Assembly: GCA_016186825.1 (NCBI GenBank)
Contig: JACPKW010000003.1
Span: forward strand, 34,120 to 98,119
Origin: Candidatus Giovannonibacteria bacterium
GTDB taxonomy: Bacteria; Patescibacteriota; Minisyncoccia; JACPKW01; UBA11713
Direction: 5' to 3'
DNA length: 64,000 bases
Below are positions 47,439 through 57,214 of the stretch, in pieces; the first letter of the stretch is position 1, and every line of letters begins with the position of its first letter. The notes below the pieces were generated by a model. The model searched no databases. It saw nothing but the letters and a program-made list of their open reading frames with translations, and was not told where the DNA came from. Position numbers and translations under genes: made by a program.

Positions 47439-49109
47439 ATGACTAAATTTGATGAAGCAGAGGGCAAAAAGAAATTAGCGGAACTCTACGAAAAGGAGGC
47501 TGAAGATCTCGCAAGAATTCTTGCCCAAAAGCACGCCATCCCCTATTTAGATCTTTCGAGAATTACAATTGATCTCGATTCCCTAAAGATTCTCTCGGAA
47601 AATGAAGCCCGCGAAGGCGAAATGGCGGTATTCCAGTCCATCGGGAGGCGACTCCAGATTGCGGTAAAAAATCCGGAGCTTCTAAAAACCAAGGAAATCG
47701 TGGACGACCTTAGGAGAAAACAATACGAGCCGGAGCTTTTTCAGGTATCTGAAATGAGCATGAAAAAAGCTTTCTCGCGCTATCCGGAAATTCCAGCTTT
47801 TGTGGAAGTTTCTTCGGGCATTATTGATATCTCTCCCGCAAAGCTTGAAAGCTTTAAAGAAAAAGTTACGGGGCTTGAAAGTTTGAAAGAACTTTTGACA
47901 CAAGTTTCAGCCGCACGGGAATCGCGAAAAGTCTCAGAGGTCGTTGAAATTCTCCTGGCGGGTTCGCTTTCGCTCGAAGCATCCGATATTCATATCGAGC
48001 CCGAAGAAGATCGCGCCAATATCCGCTTCAGGCTGGACGGCGTGCTTGTTGATGTAATTTCATTTACGAAAAACATTTACCAGCTGCTTGCCTCAAGAAT
48101 AAAGCTGATCTCTGAAATAAAATTAAACATCAAAGACCGCGCGCAGGACGGGCGCTTCACAATCCGCACCAAAGAACACGATATTGAGGCAAGAACGGCG
48201 GTCCTTCCCGGGCCGTATGGGGAATCGATTGTGCTGCGCGTCTTGCAGCCGCAGGCAATCAGCATGTCTTTTGAAAATCTTGGAATGCGCCCGGAGCTTT
48301 TGGAAATAATTGCCTCTGAACTTAAAAGACCAAACGGGATGATTCTCACGACGGGACCGACAGGATCGGGGAAAACCACAACGCTTTATGCTTTCATAAA
48401 AAAAATTGCAACGCCCGAAATTAAAATTGTTACAATTGAAGACCCGATCGAATACCGTCTGCCCGGAATTACCCAAACCCAAGTTGACCAAAAGAAAGGG
48501 TATGACTTTTCCAACGGGCTGCGCTCTATTTTGCGCCAAGACCCAGATATAATTCTCGTCGGCGAGATCCGAGATTTTGAAACGGCAGAAATATCCATGC
48601 ACGCCGCGCTCACCGGACACTTGGTTTTTTCAACCCTTCACACCAACGATGCCGCCGGAACTATTCCGCGCTTGATTGACCTTGGAGTAAAACCCAACAT
48701 CATCGCGCCCGCAATAAATGTTTCCATGGCCCAGCGGCTCGTTCGAAAACTTTGCCCAAACTGCGCGAAAAAAACTGAAGCTGAAAATAATGAGTTGGAA
48801 TTTATTAAAAAGGGCGTTCGTAGCCTGCCCGCAAAATATAAAAAACCTGAACTTGCTGGTTTAACTTTGCCACGGCCCGGAAAATGCAAAGCTTGTAATG
48901 AAACCGGCTACAAAGGCCGCGTTGGAATTTTTGAGGCAATTTTGATCGATGAAAAAATGGAACGGATGATTCTTGAAAGCCCATCCGAGGCGGCAATTCT
49001 GAACGCCGCGAAAGAACAGGGCATACTTACGCTCACGCAGGATGGAATATTAAAAGTTCTTGAGGGGATAACTTCCCTTGAAGAACTCCGGAGAGTTGCA
49101 GGAGAATAG
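47439..49109 (+). CDS. Type II/IV secretion system ATPase (GspE/PilB family)
   Basis: Walker A GPTGSGKTTT. Asp box. His box. Tetracysteine CPNC...CKAC. Confidence 0.9.
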   Translation: MTKFDEAEGKKKLAELYEKEAEDLARILAQKHAIPYLDLSRITIDLDSLKILSENEAREGEMAVFQSIGRRLQIAVKNPELLKTKEIVDDLRRKQYEPELFQVSEMSMKKAFSRYPEIPAFVEVSSGIIDISPAKLESFKEKVTGLESLKELLTQVSAARESRKVSEVVEILLAGSLSLEASDIHIEPEEDRANIRFRLDGVLVDVISFTKNIYQLLASRIKLISEIKLNIKDRAQDGRFTIRTKEHDIEARTAVLPGPYGESIVLRVLQPQAISMSFENLGMRPELLEIIASELKRPNGMILTTGPTGSGKTTTLYAFIKKIATPEIKIVTIEDPIEYRLPGITQTQVDQKKGYDFSNGLRSILRQDPDIILVGEIRDFETAEISMHAALTGHLVFSTLHTNDAAGTIPRLIDLGVKPNIIAPAINVSMAQRLVRKLCPNCAKKTEAENNELEFIKKGVRSLPAKYKKPELAGLTLPRPGKCKACNETGYKGRVGIFEAILIDEKMERMILESPSEAAILNAAKEQGILTLTQDGILKVLEGITSLEELRRVAGE

Positions 49110-49127
49110 AATTGGCAATTCCTACCT

Positions 49128-49277
49128 AAAGTCTCTAGGCAATTCTCGCACCAAGGGTAGCGCGAGTTAAGGAGCATTCTTGGGATAGGCCTCGCGTAAA
49201 ACGCCGAAACGCCTGCCAGGACGTCCTACAAGTAAGACCCCAGTTTGAGCAATAAAGCTTAATCGCCTAGAGACTTT
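49128..49277 (+). ncRNA. Candidate structured RNA element between the pilB-like gene and ruvB
   Basis: A perfect 13-bp closing helix (aaagtctctaggc / gcctagagacttt) encloses about 125 nt. Inside are nested hairpins (ctcgc..gcgag, gcgtaaaacgc, ggacgtcc). Confidence 0.25.
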
Positions 49278-49367
49278 AGATAGGTATTGTTATTCGGAAC
49301 GATTTATTAAAGCGGATATAGCTTAACAAAAAAATACTGCACTGTCAATAGCGCTAAATAATATCAA

Positions 49368-50384
49368 ATGGCACTCACAAACCCCAAAATTCAAAAAGAA
49401 GATAATTCGCTCGATCAAACCCTGCGCCCGCAATCCTTTCAGGAATACATCGGGCAAGAAAATGTAAAAAATAATCTTAAAATCTTGATCCAGGCAGCCC
49501 AGGAGCGCTCCGAACCGATCGAGCATATTTTGTTTTACGGTCCTCCGGGCCTCGGAAAAACCACTCTCGCGCATCTGATCGCGCGGGAACTCCGCGCTCA
49601 AATCAAAGTTACCTCTGGGCCGGCAATCGAACGCGTCGGGGATCTCGCATCCATTCTTACAAATCTCTCGCCCGGCGATATTTTATTTATCGATGAGGCG
49701 CACCGCTTGAATAAACTGATTGAGGAAATTCTTTATCCCGCGCTCGAATCGCGTTCCCTTGATATCGTAATCGGAAAAGGGCCCTCCGCAAGAACTATCC
49801 AGCTCGAGCTCCCACCCTTCACTTTAATCGCGGCGACTACAAGGATCGCGCTCCTCTCTTCCCCGCTTCGCTCCCGATTTTCCGGCGGAACATACCGCTT
49901 GGAATATTACAGTTTTGCTGAGATAGAAAGTATTATCGAAAGGTCCGCAAAGTTGCTCGGTATTGAAATCGAAAAGGAAGCGGTAGGAGAAATTGCAAAA
50001 AGATCGCGTTTCACGCCGCGGGTTTCAAACAGGCTTTTAAAGCGGTGCAGAGACTTTGCTCAAGTTGAAAAGTCGGATCGGATCACAGCTCAATTTGCCC
50101 TGCAAGCACTGGATTTAATGCGGATCGATCCGATGGGGCTCGAGTCAACCGATCGGATGATTTTAAATACGCTAATTTCAAAATTCGGCGGCGGACCGGT
50201 CGGGCTTTCCACGCTCGCGGCCGCCACTTCGGAAGAAAGGGAAACGATTGAAGAAGTCTACGAGCCGTATTTGATGCAGTTGGGCTTTTTGGAGCGGACT
50301 TCGCGCGGCAGGCTCGCAACGAACAAAGCATTCGAACACCTAAAGCATAAAGCTCCCGTTGAAGCGCAATCGAAATTGGTTTAA
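49368..50384 (+). CDS. ruvB: Holliday junction DNA helicase RuvB
   Basis: GPPGLGKTTLAHLIA. AAA+ sensor motifs. Winged-helix C-terminus. Confidence 0.95.
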   Translation: MALTNPKIQKEDNSLDQTLRPQSFQEYIGQENVKNNLKILIQAAQERSEPIEHILFYGPPGLGKTTLAHLIARELRAQIKVTSGPAIERVGDLASILTNLSPGDILFIDEAHRLNKLIEEILYPALESRSLDIVIGKGPSARTIQLELPPFTLIAATTRIALLSSPLRSRFSGGTYRLEYYSFAEIESIIERSAKLLGIEIEKEAVGEIAKRSRFTPRVSNRLLKRCRDFAQVEKSDRITAQFALQALDLMRIDPMGLESTDRMILNTLISKFGGGPVGLSTLAAATSEERETIEEVYEPYLMQLGFLERTSRGRLATNKAFEHLKHKAPVEAQSKLV

Positions 50385-50417
50385 AAAAAAGAATACCGCC
50401 ACGGCTTTCACCGTGGC
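50383..50417 (-). terminator. Rho-independent terminator (stem gccacgg/ccgtggc + T-run on the minus strand)
   Basis: Hairpin 50398-50417 is followed, on the minus strand, by tttttttt. Sits after the 50438..51022 gene. Confidence 0.4.
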
Positions 50418-50437
50418 AGTTGAAAAAGCTGAAGGTC

Positions 50438-51022
50438 CTACAAACAAAAGCAATGAGCGAGCCTCTTTATGCCGAGCCAGGCGGCAATTTGCCGCCCAAG
50501 AATTTTATCGTCTTCCCAAAAAGTATCACCATCCGCTTCAGAGTAAAGAACCAAAAGCTTTTTTATTGAAGTTTCACCGTCCTTGCAGGCGATTTCCCGT
50601 TCAAGAAGCTCTGAAACTCTTTCGGCGAAATCGCGCGATTTTTCGAGACAACGAAATCTCGCTCGCATTTTCATCGTCTGATTGAGAAGATGAGACGGAA
50701 GCGCGCGTAACGGCATATGAAAGCACCACCCCGTTACTTCTCCAAATTCAGAGGCGTGCACTCCATATTCCTCTACTCTTGTGCCCGCCTTACGTCTAGC
50801 CGGAACAGAAAGTCTCGGCAACGCCGAACAAATTTTTTTCCTTTCTTCCGGGTCCGAAAGAATCCGAACGGGTTTTGGGAAAAGAAACACAATTAATTTA
50901 TTTTGACCTTCGGATTCTACCGCAACTAAAACCTTGAGCGATTTAGCGATTTCGGGCGCTTCTTTTTGCAAGCCCTCCTTGTAAAGAGCCACCAACCTAT
51001 CCAGAATGATTCGATAGTCCAC
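50438..51022 (-). CDS. Hypothetical protein (194 aa)
   Basis: ORF with a terminator downstream. No motif recognised. Confidence 0.4.
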   Translation of the reverse strand: MDYRIILDRLVALYKEGLQKEAPEIAKSLKVLVAVESEGQNKLIVFLFPKPVRILSDPEERKKICSALPRLSVPARRKAGTRVEEYGVHASEFGEVTGWCFHMPLRALPSHLLNQTMKMRARFRCLEKSRDFAERVSELLEREIACKDGETSIKKLLVLYSEADGDTFWEDDKILGRQIAAWLGIKRLAHCFCL

Positions 51023-51096
51023 TTTGAGACCCCCCTTGTCCGAGAATATTTCGATGAAATTATAGCAAAACCTTTATTAAATGCTAGGATAAACTT

Positions 51097-51315
51097 ATGG
51101 CGCTCGCGTTTATATTTTTAATGATATTTTTTGCAGCCTATTTTATTTTCGCAGGAGCGATAATTTATCATCTGAAAATCTACGCTTTTTCGCGCTCCGC
51201 GAACTGGATGGTTAATTTGTTTCTTGTCGTCTCTGCACTACTCGCGGTTTTGGCAATAATAGTTTTTTGGAAAATAAATTGGCCGGAACTCTGGACGCTT
51301 TATGTTAAACCTTGA
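51097..51315 (+). CDS. Hypothetical small membrane protein (2 TM)
   Basis: Overlaps the start of the next gene, suggesting an operon. Confidence 0.35.
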   Translation: MALAFIFLMIFFAAYFIFAGAIIYHLKIYAFSRSANWMVNLFLVVSALLAVLAIIVFWKINWPELWTLYVKP

Positions 51316-51829
51316 ACCCGCGGAAAAAATTTTAATAGTCCTGCATCATCATTGGATCGCGATTCTTGGACCCGCTCTCCTTGTTATTTTTCTTGCACTA
51401 CTTCCTTTAATTGCCCTTCCATTCCTAACAGGCATTCCGGACGCTTCGATCGTAACCCCGCTCTATTTGCTTCTTTCTCTTTTATGGTGGCTTTTGGTTT
51501 TAATGCTCGGGTTTATTTTTTGGGTGGATTATTATTTGGATGTTTTGATAATTACTTCGCTTCGAATTATCAATGTGGATCAGGACGGCCTTTTCAGACG
51601 GGAATTTGCGGAATTCAAACTCGATAAGGTGCAGGATGTTTCAATTGAAATCCCAGGCTTTGTCGCAACATTTTTCGGGTATGGCGACGTGATTATCCAA
51701 ACTGCTTCGGAATCGAATTTCACTATCAAAGAAGTCCCGCGGGTTTATGAAGCGAAAAATTTAATCCTAAAGCATTCGGGCGCTGCGAGCGCTAAAACTG
51801 TGCAAGGCTTTGGGCATCCAGGCGAGTAA
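51302..51829 (+). CDS. Membrane protein with bacterial PH domain (YdbS/YdbT-like, bPH_2)
   Basis: Two TM helices, then LRIINVDQDGLFRREFAEFKLDKVQDVSIEIPGFVATFFGYGDVIIQTAS typical of bPH_2. Confidence 0.5.
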   Translation: MLNLEPAEKILIVLHHHWIAILGPALLVIFLALLPLIALPFLTGIPDASIVTPLYLLLSLLWWLLVLMLGFIFWVDYYLDVLIITSLRIINVDQDGLFRREFAEFKLDKVQDVSIEIPGFVATFFGYGDVIIQTASESNFTIKEVPRVYEAKNLILKHSGAASAKTVQGFGHPGE

Positions 51830-51865
51830 ATATGAAAAAAATTCGGAAAACTATAAATTAAAGGC

Positions 51866-52417
51866 ATGTCAGGACATAGCAAGTGGGCGCAAATAAAACA
51901 CAAAAAGGCGATCACGGACGCAAAACGCGGACAGCTTTTTTCAAAGTTTGCGCGCTTGATTACAATTGCCGCAAAAGAAGGCGGAGCCGATCCAAAAAAT
52001 AACTCAAAACTCGCGGCTGTCATTCTGGAAGCAAGGAATGTGAACATGCCGAATGACAATATTGAACGCGCGTTAAAAAGAGCTTCGGAAAAATCAGAGG
52101 CGGAACTGAAAGAGGTAATTTACGAGGCTTTCGGCCCGGGAGGCTCTGCACTCATCATTACGGCAGTTACCAATAACTCCAACCGGACCACAAATGAAAT
52201 CAAGCATGCGCTGTCCGAGCATGACGGGAAACTCGGCGTCGCGGGATCTGCAATGTGGGCTTTTGAAAAAAACGGCAATGAATTCGTATCAAAATTCCCG
52301 ACAAAATTGAGCGAGTTGGATTCGAAAAAATTCGAAACTTTGCTGGAAGCGCTCGATAACCTTGAGGATGTAAATGAAGTTTACTCTAATGCCGACCTTG
52401 GCGAAACGCAAAGCTAA
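51866..52417 (+). CDS. yebC: YebC/PmpR-family regulator (short, 183 aa)
   Basis: MSGHSKWAQIKHKKAITDAKRGQLFSKFARLI. Confidence 0.8.
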   Translation: MSGHSKWAQIKHKKAITDAKRGQLFSKFARLITIAAKEGGADPKNNSKLAAVILEARNVNMPNDNIERALKRASEKSEAELKEVIYEAFGPGGSALIITAVTNNSNRTTNEIKHALSEHDGKLGVAGSAMWAFEKNGNEFVSKFPTKLSELDSKKFETLLEALDNLEDVNEVYSNADLGETQS

Positions 52418-52421
52418 AGAA

Positions 52422-52889
52422 ATGGTTGTGCTCGGAATCGACCCTGGAATTGAGCGCTTGGGCTGGGGGCTTGTGAAAAAAAACGCATCTAATTCCGAAC
52501 GCCTTGACTCCGGGGTTAAAAAAACCTCGCAGAAAAAGGCGACCCCGGAAAGACTTTACGAAATAGAGGAATTCATGGATAATCTACTGTCGGACAAAAA
52601 GCCGGACCTGGTCAGCATTGAAAAATTATTTTTTTCAAAAAACGTCAAGACCGCGCTTTTGATCGGCGAAGTGCGCGGAGTAATACTCGCCGTGACCCAA
52701 AAGCATCGGATCCCCATTAGGGAGTTTTCACCTTCTGAAATTAAAATAGCGGTTTGCGGTTACGGCCAGGCGGACAAAAAAAGCGTTGCGGAAATGCTTA
52801 GGCTGCAGATAGAATTCCCTCAAAGAAAAATGATTGATGATGAAACCGATGCGCTCGCATGCGCGCTTTGCGGAATTTATTCCAGATGA
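52422..52889 (+). CDS. ruvC: Crossover junction endodeoxyribonuclease RuvC
   Basis: Start reset to ATG 52422 (MVVLGIDPGIERLGWGL). Catalytic D/E residues. yebC-ruvC synteny. Confidence 0.85.
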   Translation: MVVLGIDPGIERLGWGLVKKNASNSERLDSGVKKTSQKKATPERLYEIEEFMDNLLSDKKPDLVSIEKLFFSKNVKTALLIGEVRGVILAVTQKHRIPIREFSPSEIKIAVCGYGQADKKSVAEMLRLQIEFPQRKMIDDETDALACALCGIYSR

Positions 52890-53031
52890 GAGCCCCGAAT
52901 TTAGTTTGGGTTATCCACATTTCCGCTTTGCAAACTCACAGAGACCCGCTATTTTCAAAAGAGGTTAATTTTAAATACAACCAGAAGGGAAATTATTATT
53001 AAAGGTCGCGACTAAATTCATAAACCTTTTT

Positions 53032-53139
53032 ATGAACGACGAATATTTCAAGTCTTTCGAGGGCGAGGATGAAGAAAAGACAGAAGAACTGCCTGAAGAA
53101 GACGTGGATGAAGACCTCGAAGAAGAGGAAGAAGAATAG
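53032..53139 (+). CDS. Candidate micro-ORF encoding a 35-aa extremely acidic peptide
   Basis: MNDEYFKSFEGEDEEKTEELPEEDVDEDLEEEEEE. Followed at once by a strong terminator. No clear Shine-Dalgarno. Confidence 0.2.
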   Translation: MNDEYFKSFEGEDEEKTEELPEEDVDEDLEEEEEE

Positions 53140-53145
53140 AAAAAA

Positions 53146-53188
53146 TAGAAATCTCCCGGGCTAAAGCTCGGGAGATTTCTATTTTGGG
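53146..53188. terminator. Bidirectional rho-independent terminator (16-bp stem, taaa loop, U-runs on both sides)
   Basis: tagaaatctcccgggc-taaa-gctcgggagatttcta-ttttggg. Serves tyrS (minus) and the micro-ORF (plus). Confidence 0.6.
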
Positions 53189-54342
53189 ATGATTTTCAAA
53201 AATTTCTTTTTTCCGACCCGGACTTTAATTTCTCCTTCAGGAGTCCAGTTAGAATCTTTAACGATTTCTTGATTTGCCTCAATTGCGCCTGCGCGAATGA
53301 GTCTCCGAAAATCGGAATTTGAGGAAACATATCCGGCTTTCTTCAAAATGCCGCCAAGGCTTTCTCCTGCCCGGTAGCTGAAAGATTCGGCTACTTCTGG
53401 GAGTCTTTTCTTTCGAAAGGTCATGTCAAAATAATTTCGAGCTTCCTTGGCTTTTTGGGGTCCGTGGTAAATTTCCACAATTTCAAACGCTAGGCGCTCC
53501 TTTGCTTCAAGCGCGGAAAGCTTCATTATTTTTTCAATTTCAACTTGTGTGAGGGACGTTAAAAGGCGGAAGTACTTTTCGGTCATCCGGTCTTTTAGCG
53601 ACATGACTTTCCCAAACATCTCATTTGGCTTATCGGTTAATCCGATATAATTCCCGAAGCTTTTTGACATCTTTTTTTCGCCATCAAGCCCTTCAAGCAA
53701 AGGCACGGTAAGAATATCCTGCGGTTTCATTCCAAGGCGCTCCATTAATTGACGCCCCATCAGCAAATTGAAAAGCTGATCAGTTCCGCCGCATTCAATG
53801 TCAGCTTTAATTACAGCCGAATCATAAGCCTGCATGATGGGATAAAGCAATTCATGCATCCGGATAGAGTGGTGCGCTTTAAAACGGCTGTTAAAATCCT
53901 CGCGTTCCAAAAGTTGGTTTACACTTACAAGCCCTAAGATTTCGAAAATTTTTTCTCCATTCAATTTTTTAAGCCAGGAGCTGTTATAAAGAATCTCCGT
54001 TTTTTTGAGATCAATAATAACCCCGGCCTGCTTAAGATATCCTTTCATATTCGCCTCGACTTCGGATTTTTTTAAGGGCGGGCGGGCGGAGACCCTTCCG
54101 GAAGGGTCTCCGATCATTGCGGTAAAATCTCCAATAATAAAAACGATTTTGTGCCCGAGCTCCTGGAATTCCCTAATCTTTCTAAGCACTACAGCGTGCC
54201 CAAGGTGAAGATCGGGGCTCGTGGGGTCGACCCCCAATTTTATCCGCAGTTTTTTTCCTGAAGCCAGTTTTTTTTTGATATCTTCTTTGACGATTACGTT
54301 TGAGGTATTTTTTTCCAAAAGCTCTTTTATTTTCTTCTCCAT
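53179..54342 (-). CDS. tyrS: Tyrosyl-tRNA synthetase
   Basis: HLGH and KMSKS class I motifs. C-terminal S4 domain. Confidence 0.95.
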   Translation of the reverse strand: MEKKIKELLEKNTSNVIVKEDIKKKLASGKKLRIKLGVDPTSPDLHLGHAVVLRKIREFQELGHKIVFIIGDFTAMIGDPSGRVSARPPLKKSEVEANMKGYLKQAGVIIDLKKTEILYNSSWLKKLNGEKIFEILGLVSVNQLLEREDFNSRFKAHHSIRMHELLYPIMQAYDSAVIKADIECGGTDQLFNLLMGRQLMERLGMKPQDILTVPLLEGLDGEKKMSKSFGNYIGLTDKPNEMFGKVMSLKDRMTEKYFRLLTSLTQVEIEKIMKLSALEAKERLAFEIVEIYHGPQKAKEARNYFDMTFRKKRLPEVAESFSYRAGESLGGILKKAGYVSSNSDFRRLIRAGAIEANQEIVKDSNWTPEGEIKVRVGKKKFLKIIPK

Positions 54343-54417
54343 TAGGTTAAATTTAGCATTTATTAGCCCATAGATCGAGGATTCAAAAAAGGGGCTAAAA
54401 AAGATAGAATAACATAA

Positions 54418-56952
54418 TTGATGCTCGCTAAGCTGAGAAAAAATTATAAGAAGATCATCGCCTGGGGAGCGGGTGCGGTTTTTTTGGTATTTGCGCTTTT
54501 TTTAATTATTTATATCAATATCTCGCTCCCGGATTTTTCGGCCTTCGAAAACAGGCTTATCGTTGAATCCACAAAAATTTACGACCGCACGGGGAAGGTG
54601 CTTCTATATGACATCCATTCGGACATTAAAAGAACGGTTGTGCCGTTTGATTCAATCCCAAGGAACCTGAAAAACGCCACGATAGCGATCGAGGACGCAG
54701 ATTTCTATAAGCACAGGGGCATAAGCTTTTTATCTATCGTCAGAGCTTTCCTGGTAGACCTTCTTTCTGGACGTCTCAAGCAGGGCGGGTCCACAATCAC
54801 CCAGCAGCTTGTTAAAAAAGCGCTACTGACTGACGAGCGCACATTTACAAGAAAAATTAAAGAAATCGTGCTCGCCTTCAAAGTTGAAGCAAATTATTCA
54901 AAAGATGAAATTTTGGGGCTTTATTTGAATGAAATCCCATACGGTTACTCAAACTATGGAATTGAGGCCGCAAGCCAGAACTACTTCGGCAAACGTGCCG
55001 CGGAGCTGACGCTGGCAGAGTCAGCGTATCTTGCCGCGATACCAAAAGCCCCAACTTATTATTCACCTTTTGGAAACCATATGGATGCGCTTGAAGCTCG
55101 AAAAAATCTCGTGCTCGAACGGATGAAAGCTTTGGAATTCATAAGCGCCGATGAATACGAAGCCGCAAAAAATGAGATCGTAAGTTTCCAAAGCAGGTCG
55201 CTCGGAGGGATTAAGGCGCCGCATTTTATTTTTTACCTGAAAGATTACCTTGTAGAAAAATATGGAGAGGATGCGGTTGAAACCGGCGGGCTGCAGGTAA
55301 TCTCGACTTTAAATTGGGATTGGCAGCAAAAAGCTGAAAAATTAGTGCAGGAATTCGGAGAAACAAATCAAATAAATTACAATGCGTGGAATGAGGGATT
55401 GGTAGCGCTTGACCCAAAAACCGGACAAGTTTTGGTTATGGTCGGGTCTAGAGATTATCAGGCAAAGCCTCTTCCGGAGGGATGCACGCCGGGGAAAAAC
55501 TGCAAATTTGATCCGCAGGTAAATGTCACCGTGCGCTCACGGCAGCCCGGATCTTCTATAAAACCGGTTGTCTATGCGACTGCTTTCAATAAAGGGTTCA
55601 CTCCTAACACAGTTCTCTTTGATCTCCCCACGGAATTCAATCCCGCTTGCAGTCCAGACGGCGTTACTTACGGCCGAGTCAGCCAGCTTGCATGCTATCA
55701 TCCGAGGAATTTTGACGGCCGTTTCCGTGGTCCGGTTACAATGAAGAGCGCTCTTGCGCAATCTTTAAACCTTCCCTCGGTTAAAACCTTGTATTTGGCT
55801 GGTATCGAAGATTCAATTGACACCGCGGAGAAAATAGGGATAACGACCCTAAAAGACCCGAGTCGGATTGGTTTGTCGCTCGTTTTGGGAGGCGGAGAAG
55901 TTAAACTGCTCGAACTCGCAGGAGCATATAATGTGTTTGCCAATGACGGCATATTTCACCCTGAAACAGCAATCCTGGAAATAAAAGATTCTTCCGGAAA
56001 AGTGCTCGAGAAATATGAAGACCGCGGCAGAAGAGTTTTTGATCCAAATATTGCGCGGCAAATTACGGATATTTTAACTGATAACAACGCCCGTGCTCCG
56101 ATTTTCGGCTCAAATTCGCCCTTGAATATCGCGGAGCGTCCCGTCGCGGTTAAAACCGGGACTACAAACGATTTTAAAGACGGGTGGGTTTTGAGCTACA
56201 TGCCAAATTTAACCGTCGGAATCTGGATGGGAAATAGCGATAACACAACAATGGGAAGCAAGGCCGCAGGCGTTATTGTTACGCCCATGTGGAACGCATT
56301 TTTAAAAGAAATGTTTAAGGAGCTGCCGCGGGAAGACTTTAAACCGCCCGCACCAACTTATCCTCCAAAACCCGCCTTACGCGGCGAATGGAAAGGCGGG
56401 AGAGTTTATAAGATAGATAAAATCTCTGGGAAATTAGCGACCGAGTTCACGCCGGAAGAGTTGGTTGAAGAAAAAATAATTCCCGAAGTCCATTCAATTT
56501 TATATTGGGTGGACCCGCGGAACCCCACCGCGCCGTCCCCAATAAATCCGGGCGAGGATCCGCAGTTTAGAAACTGGGAAGCAAAAGTGAGGTCTTGGGC
56601 GTTCGCGCAGGGTTACTATGATGCGGGAGAGGGAATTATTCCCTCCGAGACTGATAACTCCCATCTTCCTGAAATGGCGCCCGTTGTAAAAATAGACGAG
56701 CCCCTCGAAGATCATTATCCCCCAAACACAAAGATAAGCTTTGTCTTATCGGTCGAAAGCAAATTCCCAATAGATCAAGTTGATTTCTTTTTAGACAATA
56801 AGTTTCTGGGTTCAGTAAAATCATCGCCCTATTCTTATTCGGTCGCGCTCTATGGTCTTCCAGGAGAAAACTTCAACCTTATTGCAAACGTCTACGACCA
56901 GGTGCGCAATAAGACATCTGTTTCGAAAACAATTACTATTTCCGAAAACTAA
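54418..56952 (+). CDS. Penicillin-binding protein 1A (bifunctional glycosyltransferase/transpeptidase) with C-terminal extension
   Basis: GT51 motifs (EDADFYKHRGIS, GGSTITQQ). SxxK (SSIKP), SxN, KTG(T). 844 aa. Confidence 0.9.
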   Translation: MMLAKLRKNYKKIIAWGAGAVFLVFALFLIIYINISLPDFSAFENRLIVESTKIYDRTGKVLLYDIHSDIKRTVVPFDSIPRNLKNATIAIEDADFYKHRGISFLSIVRAFLVDLLSGRLKQGGSTITQQLVKKALLTDERTFTRKIKEIVLAFKVEANYSKDEILGLYLNEIPYGYSNYGIEAASQNYFGKRAAELTLAESAYLAAIPKAPTYYSPFGNHMDALEARKNLVLERMKALEFISADEYEAAKNEIVSFQSRSLGGIKAPHFIFYLKDYLVEKYGEDAVETGGLQVISTLNWDWQQKAEKLVQEFGETNQINYNAWNEGLVALDPKTGQVLVMVGSRDYQAKPLPEGCTPGKNCKFDPQVNVTVRSRQPGSSIKPVVYATAFNKGFTPNTVLFDLPTEFNPACSPDGVTYGRVSQLACYHPRNFDGRFRGPVTMKSALAQSLNLPSVKTLYLAGIEDSIDTAEKIGITTLKDPSRIGLSLVLGGGEVKLLELAGAYNVFANDGIFHPETAILEIKDSSGKVLEKYEDRGRRVFDPNIARQITDILTDNNARAPIFGSNSPLNIAERPVAVKTGTTNDFKDGWVLSYMPNLTVGIWMGNSDNTTMGSKAAGVIVTPMWNAFLKEMFKELPREDFKPPAPTYPPKPALRGEWKGGRVYKIDKISGKLATEFTPEELVEEKIIPEVHSILYWVDPRNPTAPSPINPGEDPQFRNWEAKVRSWAFAQGYYDAGEGIIPSETDNSHLPEMAPVVKIDEPLEDHYPPNTKISFVLSVESKFPIDQVDFFLDNKFLGSVKSSPYSYSVALYGLPGENFNLIANVYDQVRNKTSVSKTITISEN

Positions 56953-57214
56953 TTTTATCCGGAGCGTTCTTTCCAAGTTGAGCTTGGAGCTCTGATAAAA
57001 TTTTATCTTTTCGGAGGTAAATTTCGTTTTTTAAAACGGAACTTTTTGTAGAAATGAAAATTGTTTTCTCTTTATTTTCTACTTTGATGTGCGCTCTGGG
57101 AAAAAAACGCATTATCAAGTCCGACGCGGCTTTGTTTATATACTCCTGTTTAAGCGACTTCCTAGTATTAGAAAACTTTCCAAGAACATTTCCAATCTTC
57201 TTAAAAGCCATCAA
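56936..57214 (-). CDS. Hypothetical small protein downstream of dnaN (possibly DUF721/DciA-like)
   Basis: Position right after dnaN. Size ~92 aa. No motif evidence. Confidence 0.3.
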   Translation of the reverse strand: MMAFKKIGNVLGKFSNTRKSLKQEYINKAASDLIMRFFPRAHIKVENKEKTIFISTKSSVLKNEIYLRKDKILSELQAQLGKNAPDKISFRK

